DNA of 64,000 nucleotides, from contig CP043973.1 in the NCBI GenBank assembly GCA_015134315.1, forward strand, positions 25,611-89,610, in the 5' to 3' direction. Shown here one piece after another: positions 46,002 through 60,335 of this stretch. This stretch comes from Candidatus Stammera capleta (GTDB lineage: Bacteria; Pseudomonadota; Gammaproteobacteria; Enterobacterales; Enterobacteriaceae). The notes below the pieces were generated by a model that saw only the letters and a list, made by a program, of their open reading frames with translations, was not told the DNA's origin and did not search any database. Made by a program: the position numbers and the translations under genes. Position 1 is the first letter of the stretch; each line of letters begins with the position of its first letter.

Positions 46002-46499
46002 TTATTTATTTGGTTTAAAGATCATTATCATTTGATTATTTTCAATTCTATTATTTAAGTAATCTAATTGAGAAATTTTTTGTAAGTTATTTTTAATATT
46101 ATTTAACATTTTTATAGCTATATTTTTATGAATTATTTCTCTTCCTTTGAATCTTATTATAATTTTAATTTTATATTTTTTTTTAATTAAATTTTTAATT
46201 TTTTTTAATTTTATATTATAATCATTCTTATTTGTATTTGGTCTAAATTTTATTTCTTTTATTATAAGATTTTTATTTTTATTTTTTTTTATGTTTTTTT
46301 TTCTCTTATATATAAATTTTCCATAATTTAGTATTTTGCATATTGGAGGATTAGTATTAGAATTTATCTCTACTAGATCCATATTTAATTTTTTTGCTAT
46401 ATTTAAAGCTTCTTCAATATTTACAATTTTATTTGTTTTTATATTTTCACCTGTTATTCTTACTGTCTTAGATTTAATATTATTATTTATATTGAACAT
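46002..46499 (-). CDS. infC: Translation initiation factor IF-3
   Basis: VRITGENIK, DLVEINSNTNPPICKILNYGKFIY, EIKFRPNTNKNDY, RFKGREIIH and NQMIMIFKP. The ATG at 46499 is given here. An in-frame ATT at 46532-46530 would restore the E. coli N-terminal length (see findings). Confidence 0.93.
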   Translation of the reverse strand: MFNINNNIKSKTVRITGENIKTNKIVNIEEALNIAKKLNMDLVEINSNTNPPICKILNYGKFIYKRKKNIKKNKNKNLIIKEIKFRPNTNKNDYNIKLKKIKNLIKKKYKIKIIIRFKGREIIHKNIAIKMLNNIKNNLQKISQLDYLNNRIENNQMIMIFKPNK

Positions 46500-46527
46500 A
46501 TATATTTTAGTATTTTTTATATTTGTT

Positions 46528-47748
46528 TTAATAATTTTTTCCTTTAAATATTTTTTTAGTCTTATTCTTAATTTTTTTAATTATATATTTAATTTTTTTT
46601 TGTTTATTTGTTTTTTTTATGGTATTTCTTATATTAATTTTTTTTAAATTACATTCTTGATCACCACATATTATTATATAAGGTATTCTATGTAAAGTAT
46701 ATTTACGTATTTTAAAATTTATTTTTTTATTTTCTATATCTATTATTGATCTTATAAAGTTATATTTATTTAAAATTTTGAATATTTTTTTACAGTAAAT
46801 AATATTTTTTTGTGATATATTTAATATAACTATTTGTATTGGAGTTAATCATATAGGCAATCATCCTTTGTTTTTTTCTATTAATATGCCTACAAATCTT
46901 TCTATAGATCCTAATATAGCTCTATGTATTATAATAGGATTTTTTTTAATATTATTTTTATTTATATAATTAATTTTTAATTTTTTTGATAAATTAAAAT
47001 CTATTTGTATAGTTCCACATTGTCATTTTTTATTTTGTTTATCTTTTATAATAAATTCTATTTTTGGTCCATAAAATGCTCCTTCTTTATTATTAATTTT
47101 AAATTTAATATTTATTTTATTTAAAATATTTATTAATTTATTTGTTATATTATTTCAATGTTTTTTTTTTCCTAAATATTTATCTGGTCTAGTTGATATA
47201 TATACGTATATATGTTTAAATTTGAATATTTTATATATTTTTTTAGTTAAAATTATACATTTTATGATTTCTTCTTTAATTTGTTTTAGTGTACAAAAAA
47301 TATGAGCATCATCTTGTGTAAATGATTTTGTTCTCATTAATCCATATAAAGAACCTGATGGTTCATTTCTATGACATATACCAAATTCAGATATTTTCAT
47401 AGGTAAATCTTTATATGATTTTATGTTATTTTTAAATATTTCTATATGACCTAAGCAATTCATAGGTTTTAAACATAATTTAAAATTTTTTTTTATATAA
47501 AATATATAATTTTTATAATATTCTCAATGTCCGCTTGTTTTTCATATTTTTTTAGGTATTAAATGTGCTGTTTGAACTTCATAATATTTATTTTGTTTAA
47601 GTTTTTCTTGAATTAATTTTTTAATTATATTTACAATTATTAATCCATTTTTATTTCAATATATTATTCCAGGATTATTTTTTTGTATATGAAATATTTT
47701 TATATATTTATTAATTATTCTATGATCATTATTATTTAAATTATTCAT
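46528..47748 (-). CDS. thrS: Threonine--tRNA ligase, catalytic core and anticodon-binding domain only
   Basis: The protein starts MNNLNNNDHRIINK, equivalent to E. coli RDHRKIGK at about residue 240. KPMNCLGH, GICHRNEPSGSLYGLMRTKSFTQDDAHIFC and YIIICGDQE. The frame was traced with no TAA/TAG. 406 aa. An in-frame TAA lies 3 codons upstream of the ATG. Confidence 0.93.
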
Positions 47749-47850
47749 ATTATTAATTTATTATATTATTTATTTAATTTAAAATAATCAATATATTAAA
47801 ATATATTTATAATATTATATATAATAAAATAATTATTTTAAACATATAAT

Positions 47851-48384
47851 ATGTCTTTTAGTAATCATTTAATTTTTTCTTTATTTTGTTGTGTTATATT
47901 TATTAAATATTTAAATATAAATTTTAATATAAATTTATTAAATTTAATTATATCTTGTTTGTTTGTTAGTTTATTACCAGATATTGATCATAATAATTCA
48001 TTTATAGGTAGTAAATTTAAATATATTTCATATTATATATTTAAATATTTTGGTCATAGAAATATAACTCATAGTTTTATATTTTTATATTTATTATATA
48101 TATTTATATTTCATTATAAATATTTATATTATTTAAATATTGATATTAGTGTTAAATATGGTATTATTATAGGTTATTTAAGTCATATATTAGCAGATAT
48201 GTTTACAATAAAAGGTGTAAATATTTTTTGACCTTTAAATTTTAATTTTAAATTTCCTTTTATATATATAAAAAGTAAAAAATTGGAATATATAGTTTGT
48301 ATATATTTGTTATTTATTTCTATTTTTTGAGAAAATTTAATTTGTATATTAAAAATTTTATTTAAAAATATTTATATAATTTAA
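47851..48384 (+). CDS. Membrane-bound metal-dependent hydrolase, YdjM/YbcI (DUF457) family
   Basis: LLPDIDH, GHRNITHS and SHILADMFTIKGVNIFWPL in a multi-TM protein of 177 aa. Confidence 0.7.
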
Positions 48385-48386
48385 TT

Positions 48387-51300
48387 ATGTTTATATTATA
48401 TCAATCTAACGATTTTAAATTACTTAAACATATGTTTTTATATGTTTTAAAAAAAAATAAATTTAATAATTATAATAATAATATTATATTAATATCTAGT
48501 AGTAATATATCTTTAAGATTAAAAATTTTTTTTAGTAAATATTTAAATGTATTTGCAAATTATCAATTTTTATTAACTGCAAAATTTGTATGAAATTTAT
48601 GTAAAATTTATTTTAGTGATATATCAGATATAAATTATTTTAGCAAAATAAATTTATTTTTTATTATATTAAATTTATTACCTAAATTAATTAAAGATAA
48701 ATATTTTTTAAAAATAAAAAATTATTTAAATAATGATTTACATTATAATAAATTATTTAATTTATGCTATAAAATAGCAGATTTATATGATAAATATATG
48801 GTTTATAGACCTTATTTATTAATAAATTGAGAAAAAAAAATATTAGATAAAGAAATAAATAATGATAATCAAATATGGCAATCTATTTTATGAAAGAAAA
48901 TTATTAATTTTTATTTATTAAATTTTAATTGTAAATTATATAGATCTAAAATTTTAATTAATTATTTAAATATTTTAAAAAAAAAAAATATATTTAAGAA
49001 TTATTATAAAGATATTTATATATTTAATGTTTATAATTTACCTCCATTATATTTAGATATTATTTATTTTATATCTAAATATATTAATATTCATTATTTT
49101 ATTATTAATCCATCTAAAGAATATTGATATGATATTAATTATTTTTTTAATATTAATAATAGTTTATATGAAAATAATTTTAATTTAAATAATATAAATT
49201 CAATTTTATTATATTATGCAAAAATATTTGCTGAATATTTATATATTATTTTAAGTTATAATAATTTAATTCAAATAGATTATTATAATATAATTTTTAA
49301 AAAAAATATTTTAAATTGTGTTAAAAATAATATTTTATATTTTGATAATTGTAAGTTTAATTTATTAAATAAGTATAATCTTAAAGATAATTCAATAATA
49401 ATTAAATGTTGTTATGGATACTTAGATGAAGTATATAAATTAAGAAAATTTCTATTAAAATTAATTATAAAGAATAATTACAAATGTAAAGATATTATTG
49501 TAGTAGTTACAGATATTAAAAAATATTTATTTTATATTAATTTAGTTTTTTTAGGTTATAAATATAATAAAATTATTCCATATTTAATTTTAGATAATCA
49601 TTATACCAATGATAATAATATTATTTTTAAATTTTTATTAAAATTATTAAATATTAAAAATATTGATTTAAATTTATGTTATTTTTTAAATTTACTTAAA
49701 AATAATATTATTTTGGAAAAATTTAAAATTAATGATAACGAATTAGATATTTTCTTAAATTTAATTAAAGATATATCTTTTTTAAGAGATATTAAAAATT
49801 TTGTATTTAATAAAAAATTATTTAAAAAGTATAATTATACATCTATTATTGATAATATTAAAAATTTATTATTAGGTTATGCAATAAATAAAAAATTTTA
49901 TATGTGAAAAGATATTTATAGTTATCCTTTATTAGATAGCGATTTTATGTATAATTTAATTGGTAAATTTTCTGATTTAATATTTAAAATATTATACTGG
50001 AAGAATGTTTTTAGTAAAAAATATTTTTTAAATAAATGAATTTTATTATATTATAAAATTATAAATGATTTTTTTTCTTATAATTTAATTAATAATTATT
50101 TTTTTTTAAATACAAATTATTTAAATAATATATTATATAATTTTAAAATTATAAATTTTAAAAAAAAAATTAACAATTTAGTTTTTATAAAAATAATAAA
50201 TATATTGTTTAAAAAAAAAAAAAGTTATAAACAATATTCTATTAATTGTATAAATTTTAGTTCTTTTTTACCTTTAAGATCTATGCCATATAAAATTATT
50301 TGTATATTAGGCATGAATTCAAATGTTTATCCTAAAAATACATTTAACTATAATTTTGATTTAATGTATTTATATCCTAAAATAGGTGATAGAAATAGAT
50401 TAGAAAACGAAAAATATTTATTTATGGAATATTTTTTTTATTCACAAGATATATTTTATGTAAGTTATATTAATACGTCATTAAATAATAATAAAAAATA
50501 TTTTCCTTCAATATTATTAGATATTTTTATAAATTATATTAATATTAATATAATTTATTTAAAAAAATTTAGTTTTGTTAATTGTAAAATTGCAATTAAG
50601 AACAAAAAATATTTAAAAAAATATAACAATAAATTATTAAATTATAATTTTAATATTATATATAAAAATAGAAATATTTATCTTAAAGATATTCATAATT
50701 TTTGATTTAATCCAATAAAATATTTTTTTAATAATTCTTTAAAAATATTTTTTTATGAAAATATTAATTTAAATATAAATAATTATTTTTTAAATTATAA
50801 TATAAAAAATTTTTATATTTTTAAAAAAAAGATAATTAATAATTTGTTAATTGGTAAAAAATTTAATAAAAATTTTTATTTATACTTACAATTATTTAAT
50901 TTAATCCCTTTAGGAAATTTTGGTAAAATTATATGACAAAAAGAATTATTTAATATAATGAAATTATTTAATAATATTAATAAATTATCATGAATTAGTA
51001 ATGAATATAAATTTTGTATATTGATTGATAATAATTATATAAATGGTATTATTAATTTAAATGATAAATTTTGTCATTATAAATATTTACCTAAAAATTT
51101 AAATTTAATAGATAGTTTAATATTTTGAATAAATCATTTAATATATTGTGCATTAGGTTTTAATAAAAATAGTTTTTTATATGGTTATAATAATAAATTT
51201 ATATTTAAAAAATTAGATATTCAATTATCTAAATATTTATTATCTTTTTATATAAAAGGTTTTATATATGGTTCTAAAGATCCTTTATTATTTTTACCAA

Positions 51301-51560
51301 AATTAAGTAATTATATAATTAGTAATATGTATGATTTTGATAATAATAAATTATTAAGTAATTATAAAATTAATAATCTAATATTTTTAAAATTAAAATA
51401 TTTAATTAATAATAAAAATTATTTATTTTATGATTTAAATGATATTTATATTAATTATTTAATAAAATATAATTATATTAAAAATATTAATGTAATTATT
51501 GATAATTCTAAAAAATGATTGTTACCTATGTTAAAATATACTAAAATAAAAAATTATTAA
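48387..51560 (+). CDS. recC: Exodeoxyribonuclease V subunit gamma (RecC)
   Basis: MFILYQSNDFKLL and ADLYDKYMVYRPYLLINWE compare with E. coli MLRVYHSNRLDVL and ADLFDQYLVYRPDWLAQWE. Every codon of the 1057-aa frame was checked with no TAA/TAG. All four track pieces are in phase. Confidence 0.9.
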
Positions 51561-51563
51561 ATA

Positions 51564-54500
51564 ATGAATATTTTTAATTATTTAAATAGTATTATATATA
51601 GAAGTAATTTAATAGAATCTTCTGCTGGTACTGGAAAAACAAATATAATTTCATTATTATATTTAAGATTTTTATTAAATATTAATATAGATAAATATTT
51701 TTCAAATTTATCTATTAATAATATATTAATAGTAACTTTTACTGATTTAGCAGTTTTAGAAATTAAAGATAGAATATTAAATAATATAAGAGATTTAAAA
51801 CAATCATGTATAAAAAATTATTGTGTTAATGATAATATAAATAATATTTATAAATACATAAAAAATATATTTAATATAACTAATTTATTAATTCAATTAG
51901 AAAATAATATTGATTCTATTTCTATATTTACAATACATGGATTTTGTAAAAAAATTATTTTTAACTATTTTATTGAATTTAATATTAATCCTAATTCTAA
52001 AATTTTGCCTGATGAATATAATTTAATTTATGAATTAGTTATAAATTATTGGTATAGTTATATATCTACTTTAGATGAAAAAATAATATTAATAATATTA
52101 AAATATTGAAATAATTATACTTATTTATTTAATGATATAATAAAAATTTATAATTTTAATAAAATTAAGTATAATTTTGATACAAAATTATTTTATTCTA
52201 TTAAAAATTGTTATTTAGATACTTTAAATTATATAAATTTTTTTAAAAAAGAATGATTACTAAATAATAAAATTTTATATAATTATTTATTAGAATTTAA
52301 AAAAAAAATTTTTAGTTTAAATTATTTAAATAAATTATTTAAAGATATAAGTTTTTGAGCTAATAAAAAAACATTAGATTTTAATATTCCTAAATATTTA
52401 TATAAATTAAGTTATAAATATTTATTAATTAATTATAAAAATTATTTTTTAATTAATAATTATATGTTTTATTATATAGATTTTTTATTATTTAAAATAA
52501 ATAATTTATATAATTATATATTATTAGATTGTTTAAAATTTATTAAAATAAATATTAAATTAAAAAAAGATGAAGAATCTTTAATTAGTTTTAATGATTT
52601 AATAACTAAATTTAATGTATTTTTAAAAGATAAAAATAATATAATTTTTATAAATCATATAAGAAAAATATTTCCTGTGGCATTAATTGATGAATTTCAA
52701 GATACAGATATAAATCAATATTATATTTTTAATAAAATCTATATTAGAAATAAATCTGAAATTAAAACTAAAATAATATTAATTGGTGATCCTAAACAAT
52801 TAATTTATTCTTTTAGAGGCGCTAATGTATTTAGTTATATGTATGCTAAAAATAATGTTGATTATATATATACTTATAATATAAATTGGCGTTCTTCTTA
52901 TATATTAAATAAAAGTATTAATTATATATTTACTAGAATTAAAAATTTTTTTTTATATAAAAAAATATTTTATGTAAAATTAAAGTCTAATATAAATAAT
53001 AAGAAATTATGTATTAAAAAAAACAAATTAATTGATTATTCTATTAAATGTCATATATTTGATAATATAAGTTATAATAATATTAAGTATAATTTAGCTA
53101 AATATTGCGCTATTAAATTAATTAAATCATTAAACGATAAAAATAAATATATTTTAGATAAAAATAATAATAAACGTAATTTAATTTTTTCTGATTTTTG
53201 TATATTAGTTTATAGTAATTCAGATATTAAAATTATTTTAGATGTTTTTAATAGTTTTAATTTACCTATTTATCATATTGATATTAAAGATAGTATTTTT
53301 AATTCATCTGAATCTAAAGATATAATATATATATTAAAATGTATATTATTTCCAACATCTAAAATAAATATTAAAAATATGTTATTAACTTATTTATTTG
53401 GTTATAATATTTTTAATATTAATAATTATATAAATAATAATTTTAATTTAAATAATTTTATAGAGGAAGTGTATTTCTATTATGATTTATGAAATAAATA
53501 TGGAATATATTATATGTTTAAATATATTGTAAAAAAAAAAAAGAAATACATTTATAATAATATTAATTATAATCAATATATTATTAATATATTTCATTTA
53601 TCAGAGATTTTACAATATATGTATTTAAAGTTTAATAATAAATTTTTATTATTAAAATGATTAGAAGATAAAGTTATTTATAAAAAAGATATATTTAAAG
53701 AAAAATATTATCTTAGATCTTATTTTTATAATAAAGAATCTATTAATATTTCTACAATACATAAGTCTAAAGGTTTACAATATAATATTATTTGAATGCC
53801 TTTTTTAATAAAATTAAGAACTTATAGTAAATTTTTTTATTATTATGATCGTAAGAATTTTATTTTTAATTTAGATTTATATAAAACTTATTATGGAAGA
53901 TATCTAATGATAGAAGAAATGCTTTCGGAAGAAATTAGATTATTTTATGTGTCAGTTACAAGAGCTATATATCAATGTAATATTTTAATATATGGTTATA
54001 ATAATATTAATAAAATGTTTAATAGTGTTTATATAAATAATATTTTTGGTATATATAAAAAAAATAGTTTTATAGATTTAAAAAAATATATTAAATTAAA
54101 TTTTTATTATAAATATATATTAATAAAATTTGTTAATATTAATAAATATTTTAATTATAAAAATTTATTTATTTATAAATATAAAAAAGATAAATTAAAT
54201 TTTAAAACTAAAGAAATAAATATTAAAAATAATAAAAATATTTTAAGCTATTCTAATATAAAAGAAAAAATTATTAATTTAAAAAAAATTAATATTACAA
54301 AAGATAATTTAAAAAATAATATTTGTTTACCAAGAGGAAAAAATATAGGTAATTTTTTTCATAATGTTATAGAAAATATTAATTTTAATAATTTTAATTA
54401 TGATATAAATTTTTTATTATATAAAATAAAAGAGTTTAATATTAATAAAAAATATTTTTTTTTAATTAAAAATATTATATTTAATTTATTAAATGTTAAA

Positions 54501-55061
54501 TTTAAATATTTAAATATAAATTTATGTAATAGAAATATTTTAAATTTATATAAAGAATTTAATTTTTTTTTATATATTCATAAAAAGTTTAGTTTTAGTA
54601 ATTATTTAAAAATTATTAATAAATATGATTTAATTTCTAAAAAATGTAATAATATTGATTTGAATTTTAATTTTTATGGTTTTTTAAATGGTGTAATTGA
54701 TTTAGTTTTTAATTATAAAGATAAATATTATATTATAGATTTTAAAACTAATTGAATAGATTATCATTATTCTTTATATAATAGTAAAAATATGTTTAAA
54801 TTAATGTGTAAAAATAGATATGATATACAATATCAAATATATTCTTTAGCATTGCATAAATATTTAATAATGAAATATAAATATTATAATTATAATAATA
54901 ATTTTGGTGGAATATATTATATATTTTTAAGAGGTATATTTTTAAATACTAATAATAATAGTTTTACTGGTATATATTTTATTAGACCAAAATTTAAATT
55001 AATTTATAAATTAAGCAAATTTTTTAAAAAAAAAAATGTTTTATGAAAAATTAATAAATAA
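51564..55061 (+). CDS. recB: Exodeoxyribonuclease V subunit beta (RecB)
   Basis: Helicase motifs ESSAGTGKT, ALIDEFQDTD, IGDPKQLIYSFRGA and TIHKSKGLQYNIIW. Nuclease motifs GVIDLVF...YYIIDFKTNW and DIQYQIYSLALHKYL. The track stop at 55044-55046 is TGA, so under table 4 the gene ends at TAA 55059-55061. Confidence 0.93.
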
Positions 55062-56859
55062 ATTTTTATTAAATTCTTATAAAAAAAAATATATGAAGTT
55101 AATAGATATAAATTTTTCTAAATTATTTTATTTAAAAAATGATAAAAATAGTTATATTTATATGTTATTTGCTTCAATATTAAGTTTATATAATAGATTA
55201 GGCAATATGTATTTATTTTTAGATAATTTTTTTATAAATAATATTTATTTATCTGAATACATTTTAAATTTTTTATATTATTTTTTTAAAAATTTTATTT
55301 CTATAGAAAATTGTGTAAATTTAATGTTAAATTCTAACATTATAAGTTTATGATTTAATAAAAGATGTACTCCGTTTATTTTATATAATGATTGTATATA
55401 CTTATATAAAAATTGATATTATGAAAATTATATAGTAAAGTATTTAAATAATAATATTTATTTAAAGATAAGTAATAATTTAAATTTAAAAAATTTATAT
55501 TTTTATTTTAATGAATTTAATATTAATTTAAATTTAAAAAAAATTATTTTAAGTTCAATTTATAATAAATTTACTATTATTTCAGGATCAGCTGGTACTG
55601 GTAAAAGTACTTTAATTATTAAATTAATTATTTTATTATATAAATTATTTGATTATAAAAATAATAAAAATATTATTTTATTATCACCAACTGGTAAGTT
55701 ATCTTCTTGATTAACTAATAATTTAAATAATATTTATGATATTTTAAATATTAATAAAAAATTTAAATCTATTTTACCTAATAAATGTTTTACTATTCAT
55801 AAATTTTTAGGTTTTAATTATTTATATAATTATATAAAATATAATAAAAATAATAAAATATTATCTAATTATATTATTATAGATGAATGTTCAATGATAA
55901 GTATAAATATTTTTTATAATTTATTATCATCTTTAAATAGTTATACTAAATTAATATTAATAGGAGATTATAATCAATTAGGATCTATAAATTCTATATC
56001 TATATTTAATGAGATATGTAATTCAATTTTTAATAAATTTTATATGAAAAATAATTTTAATTATTTTATATATTATAAAAATATATTTATATTAAATAAA
56101 AATTATCGTTATATAAATAATAATAAAAATATAGGTATATTTTTGAATATAATTAAAAATAAAAATTTTGATTTATTAAATAAATATTTATTTGATAATT
56201 TTTTATCTAATATAAAATTTTATGATTCTAAAAAATTAGATTATAATGCATTTATAAATTTATGTATTAAATTTTATAAAAATTATATAGAATTTATTAT
56301 TGAAGACTTTATTAAAATAGATAAATTATTGGAAATTTTCAAAATAAATCAAATTATTTGTGTTCTAAAACATAGTGATTATGGAATTAATATTATTAAT
56401 GAATTAATTAATAAATATATATGTAGTATAACTAAAAGTAGTAATTTATATTATTCTAACAATAGAATATATTTTATAGGAGAACCTATTTTAGTGACTA
56501 AAAATAATAATGATTTAAAATTATATAATGGTGATTTAGGATTTTTTATAATTGATAAAAATAAAAAGTTACGTTTATATTTTAATAAATTATGTTATTA
56601 TTTACATCCTTTTATGTTATATAATTGAATTAATTCTTGGTGTATAACTGTTCATAAATCCCAAGGATCGGAATATAATAATATTTTATTTGTTTTGCCT
56701 AATAAATATATTGATATATTAAATTATAATTTAATATATACAGCTTTAAGTAGAGCTAAAAAAAAAATTATTATTTATGGTAATATTGATATATTAATTA
56801 ATAGTTTAAAAATAAATATTAATAAAAATACTAATATAATAAAAAGATTAAAAATTTAG
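55036..56859 (+). CDS. recD: Exodeoxyribonuclease V subunit alpha (RecD)
   Basis: ISGSAGTGKST, IIIDECSM, LIGDYNQL, ITVHKSQGSEY and YTALSRAKKK. 607 aa versus 608 in E. coli. Overlaps recB by 26 nt. TAG stop. Confidence 0.92.
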
Positions 56860-56876
56860 TAAAATTATTTTTTATA

Positions 56877-57581
56877 TTAATATTTAATTATATATATACA
56901 TATTAATTCTATATCATTTCAATATAGTTTATTAAACATTTTATAATTTTTTTCATATTTATAAAATATTTTTAATATTTTTACTGTATTTAATATTTTA
57001 TTATTATTAATATTTTTAATAAAATTTTTAAATAATATATTTAATATTAATATTTTATCTACATTTAGATTTTTAATATTTTTTATTATATTAAAAATAT
57101 TTTTTAATTTTTTATTGTTTATATTATTAATTAATTGATTTATTATTTTGTTTACTTTATTTAAAAATACGAATTTGTTTTTTTTATTTAATTCTATTAA
57201 TAATATATTTTTGTTTTTATTTATATAGTATTTATATTTATAAAATATTTCAAAAAAAAATATTATATATATATTTTTTGTTATAAATTTTAATATATAT
57301 TTATTAAATATATTATTAATATCTTTGATATTTTCTATAATATTTAAAATAAATATTTTATTTTTAGATATTATATTTTCATTAATTATTTCTTTTATAA
57401 TTAAATTTCATTTAAATTTTTTGTTTATAAAAAAATTATATTTTATTATATTTTTATAAGTATTATTAATATTATTTATTATATATTTTTTAAGTTTATG
57501 TTTTTTTTTTGTATTATTGCCTACTATACAATATATATTATATATAATATTTTTATTTATTATTAATTTATATTTATGCAT
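56877..57581 (-). CDS. holA: DNA polymerase III subunit delta (HolA), shortened
   Basis: A 234-codon frame checked end to end, 8 nt downstream of leuS. NIYCIVGNNTKKKHKLKKYIINNI and KWNLIIKEIINENIISKNKIFILNI align with E. coli AAYLLLGNDPLLLQESQDAVRQVA and DWNAIFSLCQAMSLFASRQTLLLLL. The call rests on these two blocks plus synteny. Confidence 0.55.
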
Positions 57582-57589
57582 TTATATTA

Positions 57590-60112
<2,523 letters not shown>

Positions 60113-60335
60113 ATTTAATTATTTTTTATTATCTTTGTAATTAAATTATTATTTATATATTTAATTCTATTACATATAAGATATTTTTGAATTTTAAATT
60201 TTATAATTATATTTTTTATATACTTATTTATTATATTAATAATTTTATTTAATTTGTTATTATTTTTTTTATTATATATTATATTTTTATTTTTTTTCAT
60301 ATTACTATTATTCATATTTTATGTTTTATTTAAAT

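Noticed and set aside
60115-60315. A 66-aa ORF between rne and leuS, considered as a feature.
   Set aside because: It is N/K/I low-complexity sequence with no motif, and its length is within reach of chance on an A-rich strand. It is kept only as a note under the rne finding.
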